Positions 50,717-62,810 of a stretch of DNA of 64,000 bases are shown here, piece by piece. Positions within the stretch are counted from its first letter, which is position 1; every line of letters begins with the position of its first letter. The position numbers and the translations under genes are program-made. The notes below the pieces were generated by a model, which saw nothing but the letters and a program-made list of their open reading frames with translations, was not told where the DNA came from and made no database searches. The stretch is from positions 248,001-312,000 of the forward strand of contig OZ237764.1 of NCBI GenBank assembly GCA_965178125.1, written 5' to 3'. The DNA is from Bilabrum cf. latius (Eukaryota).

Positions 50717-53700
50717 ATGCAGGCCGCAGGTGGAGCCGCGGAAAGTGGCGGTTTAATGTCAGCTCTATCGTAGGAGCTGAAAGCTATGGGGGGAGACCAC
50801 CGACATGACGATGGTGATGGTGAGCATATTGCCTCACTATTGGCTATCCCTCAATCGTGCGCCCGGGTGCCGTTATGTGCCTCCCTGCGCATTTAATGTA
50901 TCCATGTGTGCATGCTACCATTATTTTGGTCAGAATGCTGCTATTTCTTCCCCTTGATCTGTTCATCGTGCCACGTTTCGCAGAACCGTCCCCTTTGGAG
51001 CACCTCGAGAAGGCAACGGTGCTTTAGGATTGCCGTGTTTTCCATGATGACAAATATGTTGCATAGCATCCTAAACGATGCTGCATGCACATGACCAAGC
51101 TGTTGTTCCTGCTTGCACAGGGAGAGTCCCTGGGTAGCGAAGCAATCGACGTATTTTTCGGAGTAACGAAGCTCTTCATGTCGCCCAACGTAAGCATGCA
51201 GAACGGTTTGAAATTAAGATTTATCAGCTCATCATTCGAAATGGTAGCTGCCCTTATCTCCCCCATGCGCTACTGACCACCGCAGGGCAACTTGCGCCGT
51301 CTCGTGTACCTGTTCCTGAAAGAAGTCGCCGAGCAGACTGACCCGAGCGACCTGCTGATCGTGACTTCCTCCCTGGTGAAGGACATGAACGACACGGACA
51401 TCGGCCTGTTCCGCGCCAACGCCATCCGCGTGCTCTGCAGGATCGTTGATGCAAGCACCCTCAACAGCATAGACAGGTACCTGCGCCAGGCCATCGTGGA
51501 CAAGGGGAACGACTACGTGAACTCTTCGGTCATCTTGGCAGCCTACCAGATGATGGAGGACCCTGCCAAGGCCGAGGTGGTCAAGCGATGGGTGGGCGAG
51601 CTGCAGACTGCCCTCGAGTCCGGGGGCGACATGGTGCAGCTGCACGCCATCGCCGTGCTGCACGCAGTCAAGAGGCAGGACAAGCTGGGCGTCAGCCGTC
51701 TCATCGGCAGCATGATGCGCTCCGGGCTGCACTCGCCCCTGTCCCTCTGCATGCTCATCCGTTACACGACGGACCTCATGCGCAGAGACATGTCCGTGCT
51801 GGACTCAAGCCAGGCCTACACCTTTTTGGACCAGTGCACCAGGAACAAGTCGGACATGGTGCGATTCGAGGCGGCAAAGGCCATCTGCAACCTCCCAGGC
51901 ATTGCCGCGGACGACATCCGCCCGGCAGTCACCGTGTTCGGCGACATGCTGCAGTACGCCGTTCCTGTGCACAAGTTCGCGGCCGTGCGCCAGCTCGCCA
52001 AGGTGGCCAAGACGTACCCCTCCGAGGTGATTCCCTGCAACTCGGAGCTAGAAGTGCTGGTCCAGGATTCGGACAAGACCGTCTCCACCTTTGCCATCAC
52101 CACGTTGCTCAAGACGGGCAGCGAGACCCGGGTGGCATTCCTCCTCAAGCAGACGCAGACGCTCTTTTAGGGCGACCTGTCGGACGAGTTCAAGGGCATC
52201 GTCGTGGAGGCGCTCCATGATCTTGGCCTGAGGCTGCCCAAGAAAATCCCGGAGCTGCTGCGGTTCCTGCAGTTCACGCTGCGGGATGAGGGCGGCTTCG
52301 AGCTGAAGCGCAAAATGGTGGACGCGGTGGTGGACATGCTGGAGCGGTTCCCCGAGGTGCGGATGGAGGCGCTCATGTACCTTGCCGAGTTCATCGAAGA
52401 CTGCGAGCACGACGCTCTCTCCATCCGTGTGCTGCACCTCTTCGGAGACAGGGGCCCGCAGACACCCACGCCTGGACGCTTCATCCGGTACATCTACAAC
52501 CGGATCATCCTCGAGACGCAGCCGGTCAGGGCGGCCGCGGTCACGACCTTGGGCAAGTTCGGGACTCGGGTGCCAGCTCTCAGGGGCAGCATCATCACGC
52601 TGCTACGGCGGTGCCGGCACGACGATTCGGATGAGGTCAGGGACAGGGCGCTGACCTTCCTCAGCGTGCTGGAGCGGGTGGAGGGCGAGGCGGGCCAGGG
52701 CCAGGGCCAGGGCTAGGGCCAGGGGCAGCCTGCAGGGTCCGCGGCAGCAAGCGGGGCCAGTGCCTCGGCGGCGGCGGCGGCGGCGGCGGCGTCTGGGGCC
52801 GGGTCCGCGACCGATTCCGACTCTGGGATCGCGCGCGTGGCGGCGTCCTTGACAGCGGGCAAGCTGCCCATGCCGGTGGGCGCGCTCCGCCGGAGCCTGC
52901 AGATGTATCTGCTGCGACCCGCGTCGGGCCCCTTCAGTCTGGCCACCCTGCCTGCAGTGGAGGGCGCCGAGGTCGGGGAGCTGGGGTACTTTGACCTGGC
53001 GAAGAACGTGCACGACACTGCGGTGCAGGCCGCGGTCGCCAAGCGGGAGAAGGCCTCGAGCGGCCAGAGATCCAAGACAGGGGCCGGGTCTGGTGCAGGG
53101 GCAGCTGGCGCGGCCTCGGGGGCGGGGGCGGGGGGCGGGGCCGGTCCTGCCCAGGCAGAGGACGCGGCTGCTGCCCTCTTCAAGATCCCCGAGATGGCCA
53201 AGCTCGGTGCGCTCTTCCAGACGGTGCCGGCGCGGCGCCTCACGGATAAGGAGCTAGAGTACCAGGTGCAGGTGTCCAAGCACGTGTTTGCGGAGCACGT
53301 GGTGTTTGATTTCGCGCTGACGAACACTGTGGGCGACCTGAGGATGGACAACGTGACGGTGCGTATGACACCGGGGGACCCCTCCCTCTTCCTGCCGCAC
53401 GCGGTGCTGAGCGCGGGGTCCATCGGGGGCAACGAGACGAGGCACGCGTACGTGTCTTTCCAGCGGGTGCCTCACGCGAGCGGCGTGGTCCCTCGGTCCT
53501 CCTTCGAGTGCAGCCTCGATTTCCAGTCGGTGGACATTGACGAGGCTTCGGGGGAGGAGCTGAGCGACCCCGTGGATGAGGTGTATCCCCTTGACAGGCC
53601 CGTAGAGTTTAGCGCCAGGGACATGCTGCGACCGCAGGCCATCTCTGATTTCAGGCCGCAGTGGGAGGCCATTGGCAACGCCGGAGAGGAGCAGTTCAAG

Positions 53701-53979
53701 CTCGAGGTGCAGGCTCCCACCGTGGCGGCCGTGGCCAGCCGGCTGCTCAAGGCAAGCGGGCTGGCGGCCTGCGGGGGCACCGGCAGCATAAGCTCCACGC
53801 AGGCCAAGGCCTAGCCGTTGCTTTCGGGTACGTTTGCGAGTGGCGAGAGGGTGTTGGTGCGGACCATGCTGGTCAAGCCGCAGGGGACCTCGACGGTCAT
53901 GATGCGAGCCGCTGTGCGGTGCACCAACGCCGCCGTCAACCCGGCCGTGTCGCTGCTGATTCGATCATTGCAATCATGA
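50717..53979 (+). CDS. COPG: Coatomer subunit gamma; 3 exons (50717-50819, 50984-51189, 51286-53979)
   Basis: Motifs HLEKATVL*DCRVF, LRRLVYLFLKE, FRANAIRVL, LSDEFK, EFIEDCE, RYIYNRIILE, VRAAAV and DEVRDRA, plus an appendage domain. In-frame TAGs at 50771, 51025, 51064, 52168, 52714 and 53812. TGA at 53977-53979. Confidence 0.95.
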
Positions 53980-54317
53980 TATCTATGATGCTATATCGAT
54001 GCCTTTCAAGCCAGGTGCGCGTATCATGATGCAATTAATTCTCAAGTCTTGTGACGGTTGCACTGCGAGTGGTATGATTGCGTGCGCTACTAGGCCATAT
54101 ATGATAAGGTTGCACCTGCATGCGACAAATGATTAAATAGGTATGGTAGATGCTGCTTGGTCAGCGTCTGCAGTTTGGGTTTGTAACTTTCAAATAGGCT
54201 GGAACCGAGATGTCTTCCGCAGGGTTGAGGTGAGGCTCTATCCATCCTCAGGCTGCACGAACGCACCCTCCTTGCCAGTGGCACCAGACCATGGCCCGGG
54301 GCTGATCGTCCCCACAA

Positions 54318-55702
54318 TCACGAGCGCCTGCCCAGGTTCAGCAGCTTGGCGAATGCCTCAGCGAATGCATCGAAGAACTTCTCCTCGTCCTCCGCGAATT
54401 CCTTGGTGATGGACAGGAACTTGGGGTCCCGGATGAGCTCCATGTCGGTCTCTAGCATCATGAGGGTGCCGTCGGGGGAGTTGTACTGCTCGTTCCCGTT
54501 GGGCAGCTTCCTCTTGATCCAGTTCCCTTCGCCCTTCATGAGCTCGACGAAGTATAGGTTGGACATGGTCGTGGGCGCGTTGGTCCAGGGCCCCTCGAAG
54601 CCGCTCGCGTCCGTGTGGCACCGTCCCAGGGTGTGGGCCCCGCTGAGGGCCACAATGTCCCGGTCGTTGAAGCCCATGCGGTAGAAGACGTCGCGGAGGT
54701 GGTCCGACTTCTTGGTCGCGTCTGGGAGGCGTCCATTGGGGGGGACCCTGGAGGGCTTGGGGTCATCCGACCTGCCCGGGGTCCACTTGATGGTGGGACC
54801 GCCCATGAACTCGATGGCCGTCACGCCTGCAAGGGTCCACAGGTCCGCGTAGGAAATGCCTGGGTGCTTGGCCTTGATCGGCTCCAGCCAGCCGCGGGCC
54901 GCCCCCAGCCCGGCGTTCGCGCCATCGGTCTTCTCGGGCTCGTACCGCATGGTGGCGCCGTCGGAGCCACCGGTGTTGGTCTTCTTGTCATAGGTGCCCG
55001 AGGCATGCCACGCAAGGCGTACGAGAGTGGGTCCCTTGTTGTCATCGTCCTCGAGCAAAGTCTCGATGTCCTTGCGCACAGCCTTGATGTCCACGCTCGG
55101 CTTGGGGGCTGCTGCCGGCTTGGAGGACTCGCCGCGGCCCAGCAGGCCGTCAAACATGCCCTCGTTGTACGCGTACTCTGCGCCAGCTCCCACAGCGCAC
55201 CCAATTAGGAACTGCGAGTTGCATGAGCAAGGCAGCTTGGTGATAGGAATCATGCGGGACGGAAAGTTTCGCCGGTTTCTGAACGCCCAGGATAGGCAAC
55301 AAAAAATGCCTCGAATCGTGCAAATCAATGGCAAGTCGAGGGTTTTCAGTGTATTTGATTTACCATGGGCATACTCACGGTGGCGAAGCCGCCTCCGCCG
55401 CCGCCTCCACCGCCTTGCGAAGCCTCCGTTGCCAAGAACCGGGAAGCCGTTCGGCTCGCTGCTGGCACTGCGCAAGGGAAATCAGTCCATGCGTGCCAGA
55501 GAATTACGCATAAGGTGCAGATACAGCATCAACATCGAACTTATTGCACCTAGCGCATGGCTGTATGCCGTGGACTAATTGATGGAAGGAAAGATCGCAG
55601 CTGACGGGGCCACGTATCATCGCCTCGCAGCAGATTGTCTTCCAACTCACGGCGCAGAGTTCGAAGACTTGCCATTGACCTCATAACAGCACGGCGCATC
55701 AT
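54318..55702 (-). CDS. CCP1: Mitochondrial cytochrome c peroxidase (class I heme peroxidase); 3 exons
   Basis: GPTLVRLAWHASGTYD, ISYADLW, GRLPDA, VALSGAHTLGRCH and GFEGPWT. Spliced Arg-rich transit peptide MMRRAVMRSMASLRTLRLPAASRTASRF followed by a TM anchor. TGA stop. Confidence 0.9.
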
Positions 55703-55854
55703 GATTGCGATTCAGTCAGTAGTTGTGGCTGCGAGTGTCAACGAAACGGCGTCGGTCACACCCTGCACAATTACGGAACTTGACCCTCTGCGCGGCGCCT
55801 CTGGACCACGAGAAACACCCAAGTGTCACAAGCGAGCATTGCGCAAGATTCACC

Positions 55855-58800
55855 TCACAAACGCTTAGTTGCCGAGTTCTAAGCGTTCCCCGGGAAGTTG
55901 TAGAGCGTGTCGAGGTGCCCGCAGTCCCCCAGCAGCCCGGGCCCATAGTCCCCGTCAGAGCTCCCGTACTGCCGCATGCAGGAGCACTTGCCCGTGGACC
56001 GGTCGCACACACCCCGTCTCGAGCACTCATCGGCATACTTCGTTCCCTTGACCTCTTCTAGGACGGTGACGCCACCCCCTTGCAGCAGTCCATCGTGGCT
56101 CCGCATCAGCTGTGGATCCCCGTGGGACCCTAAGAGTGTGACGAGTATCTTCTTGCTGGTGCCGCAGACCCGCTAGTCTCGTCGATCGTTTGCAGTGTAC
56201 GTGTCGACGTCATCTGTGGCTGGGTCTGGCACCAGCTCCACCCGCACCCGCGGCAGCGACACGAGCTTCTGCAGCTCGCCCTCGAGGCTCGGCACGGTGG
56301 GAGCGGCGTTGTGCCTGTCCAGGATGAAGGCGTCGTGGGAAATGCTCGAGGTCAAGACCCCTTCGAATTCAAGCTGGAAGGACCCTCCCGTGGCCGTGCA
56401 GCTGATCGACTGCACCTCGTGCTGCCGCTCGTCCCACGCCCCGCGCCTGGGGTCCTCGATCGCAGGACACGTCCACTCGTTGCAGCCGTACCCCGAACGC
56501 TTGGAGGCCGTCTGTCCCCGGGGACCGCCGTACGCCCATCCCGAGCATTGGCATGCTCTCCACATGTCGGCGTCCCAGCCAGTGTACTGGGGTGCGGGCC
56601 GGATGAGGTTGCCCTCTGCGTCCAGGCCGACTGCAGCCAGCTGGCCCATGGTCTTGCAAGACGTGGGGTTGGCGTACCGACTGCTGTCCTCGTCCTGCTG
56701 CCTGCTTACCGCTGCCTGACAGGCCGAGCTAGAGTCGTCCTGGTTGCCGGGGCACGGGCCCAGGGAACAGTCGACCGCGTCTCGGTATCCCCTGCGGCAG
56801 AGGCACCGTCCCGACTGACCGTCGCACCTGCCCCACTCGCTGCATGCAGCCGGCTAGTGAGCCGTGTCTCGCCGCCACGCCTCGTCGAACCAAGCCGTGT
56901 TGGAAGGGCACGTGATCGCCTCGCAAGCGGCCCCGCTGAATCCCTGGCTGCATGTGCACACGTAGTTTGGAGCACCGCTACACGTCCCGTGGCCCGAGCA
57001 CTCGCCCGCTGAGGATGACGGGCACCCGCTTACCAGCCCGTTGCTGTACCCGCAGTTGTGCACTCCGAGCTTCTCATCCGCAGGCTACGATTCGATGTCA
57101 CCGCCGGCGTTGTTGCTGGCTCCGAACCACTCGGGGCCGTCGGCCGCGACTCCCTTGAAGCACCGGCACGAGCCAGATTCGCACGTGCCCCGGTTGCTGC
57201 ACTCGCTCAGAACCCTAGTTCCGGTTCGCACCTTGAACCCAAACTCACCTCTAGACTCTTCACCATCGGCAAGGATCTGGAACGTGGGGGTCGTACCGGA
57301 GGTGGACTGCAGCGTCTGAGCCGTGTCGTCCTGCGGGTCCACGGTCAGTGCCGGCACATCGATCGGGTTGTGTGTGAAAGTGATGGCGGTGGTGACACCG
57401 TCAGCGTCGCAGAGAGAGGTGCCCCCCGCCATGTTCACCGATACGGTGGGAACGAATTCAAGACCCTCAAGGGCCTCTCGGATATCGGATGCCGTGGCAT
57501 CGTGCTGTATGGCAGCCGTTTGCTCCCGCAGCAGGCTCAGTTTGACGGAGCCGGTGCAAGTGGCTGCGCAAGTACACTCCAGGATTTGCACCTCGTTCAC
57601 TTGGGCAAACCCGCTGCCATCCGCCAGCGTTGCAACTCGCACGGTGACGCCCCCATCTCGCGGCACTGATTGCAGGCAGCTGAGGGTATTTGGCAGCACG
57701 CTGAGTTGCGCCAGGTTCTGGTTCTGCTCGATGAACGTCACGGTCCAGTCGAACCCGCCCACCCAGTCATCACTCCCCGAGGGAGCATACACGGCCCGCG
57801 CAACGTCCACCTGGCCCACCTCACTGTTTGGGAAGAGCCGCTCCAGAGCCAGCTCGATATCCGCTGCGCTGGAATCCCAGGCCAGCGCCTGGGTGGTAAG
57901 GTTCCTGCCATTGAGCGTCATGGACAGTTTGAAGGTGCCGTTCAGAAACGTGCCTTGCTGGTGGTTGTCTGTGACTGTGCACGTGGCAGTGGCAGGGACC
58001 AGGGTGGGCGCGCACTCCAACGCCGCTCGGTTTCCGCGCGCTCGAGCCCCTCCGCTGAACGTGATGACCCAGTTCAACCCAGCCATGCCGGTGTAGTCGA
58101 TGGCAACATCGATGGTCGTACCGGAGAGGCCATCAAGGGCCTCCAGAGCGGTCTTGATCTGCGTGGGGGTAGAGCTGATTGACAGAGCGCCGGTGCTGTC
58201 GCTGCCCTGACTCGTCAGGCCCTCGCCGGTCTGCTGCTCCGGAGTGGGGTAACTTGGTGTGGCAGCCGAGCTAGAATCGTCGAAGCTCAGCACCACGGAT
58301 CCAGACACCTCCACGCCCGCAGTCACCTCGGACACGGCAATAGTCCAAGTAGATGGGACGTGCGGCAGCCGGCCCGACGCTGTCATGAGAGGGATGTTAC
58401 CGCCCACCTCGACCCCGCTGAATGTGACGAGGAACTCGTAGCCGGTGCCCCCCCCGCCGCTCGAGTAGAGGGAGGCGGACACCTGCACGTCGTCGATGTT
58501 TGGCATGTTCTCGAGCTGCCACTTCATGTTTATGCCAGCTTCGGCTGCCTTCTCTGCGGCTGTGCCCGATGTTGCGATGCCGTTTGGCCCGATGCCGATC
58601 TCGATCGCGTCCGAGGTGGCCGCCACGGTGGTCTTGCAGAGGGTGCAGCCGGTGCTCGTGTCTAGCCCAAGAAAGAGGACCCCCTCAGGATAGCCCGAGG
58701 TGGTGGTCACTCGAATGCGCTGCACCTCGTCCGTGTTGATGTTGCCGCCGAGAGCCACGACCTGCACCTCGTCCTGGTGCGTGCAATCGGTGCGGATGCG

Positions 58801-60910
58801 CTGCGTCTCGAATTGCTTGCTGTCGGCCACGATCGCGACGGACGCGCCCGCAGTGCTGCCTCCAGCGGGATCCCCATCCAGCAGCATGTTCGTTGTGGTG
58901 GTCATGGTCGGAAGGTTCTCCGGGATGCCCCTGAAGGTGATTCCCCACTCATAGCCCCCGGACCAGTCGTCTGCTGGGGTAGCCGGGTACCGCGTGCGGG
59001 TGACCTGCACGTTTCCTATCGCCGTATCTGTGGCTTGGATCGCCGCAGACACTTCTGAAGGCGAGGCATTCCAGTCCAGTGCGCTGGTCAGGAGCGAGTT
59101 GCCGTCATATGTGATCCCGAGCCTGAACGTACCTGACATGAAGGTCCCGTGCTGCACCGTGGACGTCGCGCAGTGCGTCGCAGCATCCGCAGCAAAGCCA
59201 CCGGCCGCGTTTGTCGCCGGTGCGATCGTCGTGCGAGCATCAGCCGCATCAATAGCAAGCAGGGGGCGGTTGCCTCGCTGCCGGGCACCGCTGGCAAACG
59301 TTACCCGGTATGCAATGCCTGGCCCGCCCGTGTGCACCACCTCGACGGCCAGTCCGCCCACCCCGATCCCAGGCAAGCCCTCCAGGGCAGTCTTGACCTC
59401 TGACGCGGTTGCCCCCACAGTGACAACGGCTGTGCCCGCGCCTCCGGTCGTGGTTACAGCGCTATCATCCTGGTCAGCAATGGGTGGCCACTGGTACTGG
59501 TCTCCGTCAGTGAAGCTCACGCTCGTGGAATCGTCATACGACAGCACCAGGTCGCCCTGCACCTCATCACCGTCCTGCGACACGACCGAATCCAAAACTA
59601 CATCCGGTGTACCGGCGCTGGAGGACGCAGTCGAGACGTCTACCTGCAGCTGGGGCACGTTGCCGCCGACCTCGAGACCGCCAAAGGTCACGGATAGCAC
59701 GATGCCCTCCCCGCCCGTGCTGGTGGGCGCGCCAGTCACAGTGACGGTGTCAATGTTGGCGCACTGCAGCAACTCGGTCTGTAGGGTGCTTGCTGTTGCG
59801 CTGGCACGGGCGGCTGCTGTGGCCGACGCAGAGTCGATGGTGACCGACGGCCGCGTGCATGCCTGCCGCGTGGATTCTGGGCACAGCGCGCATGCAGGCG
59901 CCGACGTGTCGAACGAAACCGACATCGTCCCGCTCAGGACTCCGCTTGCTCGGTCCAGTATAGTGATGGTCTGTACTTCGTCAGCATTCACTGCCGTCCC
60001 GCCGCCGATGCTGATCAGCTGGACTTCGTCCCTGTGAGTGACGGTTGACCGGAGTGTCTGCCTCTCCTGGTTGCCGTTGTACAGAGGATCTGAGCCCATG
60101 GGACACTGCTTTTCGGAGCAGTCGTACCCTTTCCAGCCCTCGTAGCACACGCAGCCGGTCAGCATGTCTGCTTCCCACTCGTCATACCTCAGCGACCGGA
60201 ATAGGGTCACCCCGTCCTGCCGCTGAGCTGCTTCCCTCATCGTGAGGCACTCACCGTGCCCGTTGCAGGCACCCTGCCTGCCTTGAATTCCGGGGCATTC
60301 CATGCGCTCGCATGCATCTCCTATGAATCCGGTGTCGCAGTTGCAGACCCCTGACGCATAGTCGCATTGCCCGCGTCCAGAGCAAGTTGCTTGTGAGGTC
60401 CTTGCAGCCCCGTTGGCATCCGTGAAGCTTGACCAAGGGCGACCTTTCGGGCATTCTTCTGCGATAAAAATCGTATAAACTAGTAGCCGACATGAACGCT
60501 AGTGGCCCTAGACTGTGGTTTTCGCGGGTAATGCGAAATCGCGGCGTCTCACGAAAGGAGCAATCAGCAGCTCCACCTGTGAATGGCACGTGGCAGGCGC
60601 ACACCTGCTCTAAATCTTCCGAGCACCTGCCATTGTATGGAGCATTGCACATATTTGGACAAGTGCTTGATGCAGCCCTCTGCTTTGCAGTAATACTCGT
60701 TGGTTCGAAGTTTAGCTCGTCCCTAAGGCCTTCGATCCCAAGCTGAATATTATACAGCTCAGTAAACGGAGCTAGTAGGCCAGAATCAACTTTTGATTGC
60801 GATTGCACGCATTCAAGCAGTCCGGCCATAGCTAGACATCTTGCTAGTAGTAGGAGCTTGCCAGGAGAGCGCTAGTCGGAACGCAGCCGTGCTCGCATCC
60901 TAGGTTTCAT
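55855..60910 (-). CDS. Secreted EGF/tenascin-like (mastigoneme-type) protein with repeated 'EVQ' beta-modules; 2 exons
   Basis: Repeated CSxRGxCDxxxGxCxC and W[DE]ADM…C motifs. Intron at about 60552-60459. TAGs at 60872, 57085, 56854, 56173 and 55879 are read through; TGA at 55855. Start codon approximate. Confidence 0.8.
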
Positions 60911-61174
60911 GTCACTCCATAACCCTGGCACGATTCTCATCATGTCATCTTGCAAATTTAATATAGTATGGTTGATAAGATCGTAGCAAGCCAACCGCCC
61001 TTTATAGGCCAGCGCGTTGGACCGAAGCCTCGGTGCAGTTCCGGCTTCTGCAGCCTGAGGGGCTGCTCGATGCGACAATATGGAAAACACAAGTTTTTCT
61101 GGACAGTCACCCGAATGCTTTGCGGCGGTCGGCTTTAGTACTGTGATCCCCACAACACCGCTTGTCCAGGCGCC

Positions 61175-62449
61175 TCATCCCTTCTTCTTCATCTTCTCGC
61201 TCCACTGCTTGAACCAGTTGCCCTTTTTCGGGTCAGCGCCGGCATCTGGCTCTGACGAGGATCCTGCGCCCATCCAGTGGTTCCCATCCGTTGATTTTCC
61301 ATCCAGCGAGGCAAGCACGATTCCAAAGGCCTGCAGCGGGCTCAGAGGGTGCCTCACATCCATCGTGAACTCGTCCCTATCCACCTTGCCGAACTGGAGC
61401 AAGGTGGCATCTCCCGCCTCATCGCTCGTCATCTGGAAGTTCTTCACGGATGACTGGGTTACCCTACCCTTGAAATCGAGCACGTGGGACTTGAGCCTCT
61501 CGTCCCACTGCGGCCTCTTGTTCCTCAGGTACATCACGGCCCCCTCCTCCCGCGCCGCCGCGGCCGCCAGCGAGTCCTCTTCCTCCCTTGGCCTGAACAC
61601 GGTCGCGGACCCTGCGGCGTTCACCCTCGGCAGCGCGGCCGCCATGCGCCCCGGACCCATCTTGTCGTAGTCGAACCCGACGCAGGCCAGTTCCCTGCGG
61701 AGCGACGCATCGGTGACCGCGTCCTATGGGGCCATGCCCTGATCGTAGAGCGTGTACACGGAGCCCGACCAGTTCGCCCTAAGCTTGCCGACCACCTTGT
61801 CAGAGGCGCGGTCCGGCTCCGCCTGCATGCACAGCAAATAATTGCTTGTGGTGGTGCCGGCGCGCTGCCTGGAAGACATGAGGAAGCGGCCCGTGTGCTC
61901 CTCGTACAGAGTGTACAAGGGGTATCCGTACAGCATGGGCCGCTTGCGGACGATCAGGCAGCGGAGCGTGCCCTGGCTCGGGTCCACGGGCCGAACCAAG
62001 AAAGGACGGAGCGTTGATACGTCGGTAGGAGGGGCCTGCAGAGCGCCCCGGGGCCCGCCGCTCGGAGTTCGCTTCATGACAGCCGAATCAGAGGCACCTC
62101 CCGTGGCTGATCCAGCACCCGCAGGCCCGCCCGAGCCCGCGCCGCTTGCAGCGGGCCCTGCGATCGTACCGGGAACCATAGCGGATTTGGCATTGAAGGC
62201 CCGGAACTCTCTTTCCATCTCGGCATCCTCAAGTTCTGCGTCCGCTGCCATCAGCGTTGCGCTGGGAGCCGCCCCAGCTGCGTGTCTCGCCAAAGAACTG
62301 CTGGCCCGTGGCTGATCCATCGCCGCACTTGACGCTGCAGCCGAGGTGCTCACTGCGTCTTGAGCTGGAGCGGCTTCGTCGTCTGATGAGTCATCGACTT
62401 CAGCCATCATGGACATTTTTAAATGGTCACTCCGTCCAGACGCTGCCAT
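61175..62449 (-). CDS. Tubby-like protein
   Basis: LRCLIVR, NYLL, VVGKLRANWSGSVYTLYD, RRELA, LRNKRPQW, LDFKGRVTQSSVKNFQ and LQFGKVDRDEFTMD…PLSPLQAFGIVLASLDGK. One TAG at 61724 inside the domain. TGA stop. Confidence 0.92.
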
Positions 62450-62810
62450 CACCTCGTTTGACTTGCGAACGCCCCTTCGGTTGTAAATAAGGTAATAATC
62501 AGTAGTATTGTACTAAAAACTGCAAGATTCTGCCTTGGGAGGGCCTGCCAGTGTCCATCAGCCATCCGGATTTCACGAACGGTTCCGTCTGCGAATGCGC
62601 GGCGATAATTTGTTACGTGGCATTCCGGACAAACAAGACACGGACCACCCCACCGAAGGAGGGCATCCTTGCGATAGCATAACGCCCGTCGGTCTCTGTC
62701 CAAATCCTTAGTAGTTGAACTGAGTGTTGTTTGTGTCTGTCTGTGAGAGGATCGCGTAGCGGTCGTCTTCTATTGCAGCGTGGTAAGCGGTTTTTCCCCC
62801 GCAAGGAGTT

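Noticed and set aside
9624-62449. Functional cluster of flagellar or trafficking genes (RSPH1-like, PDE6D, Tubby, Sec16, COPG)
   Set aside because: The genes are scattered among unrelated ones, which is expected by chance in a compact flagellate genome.
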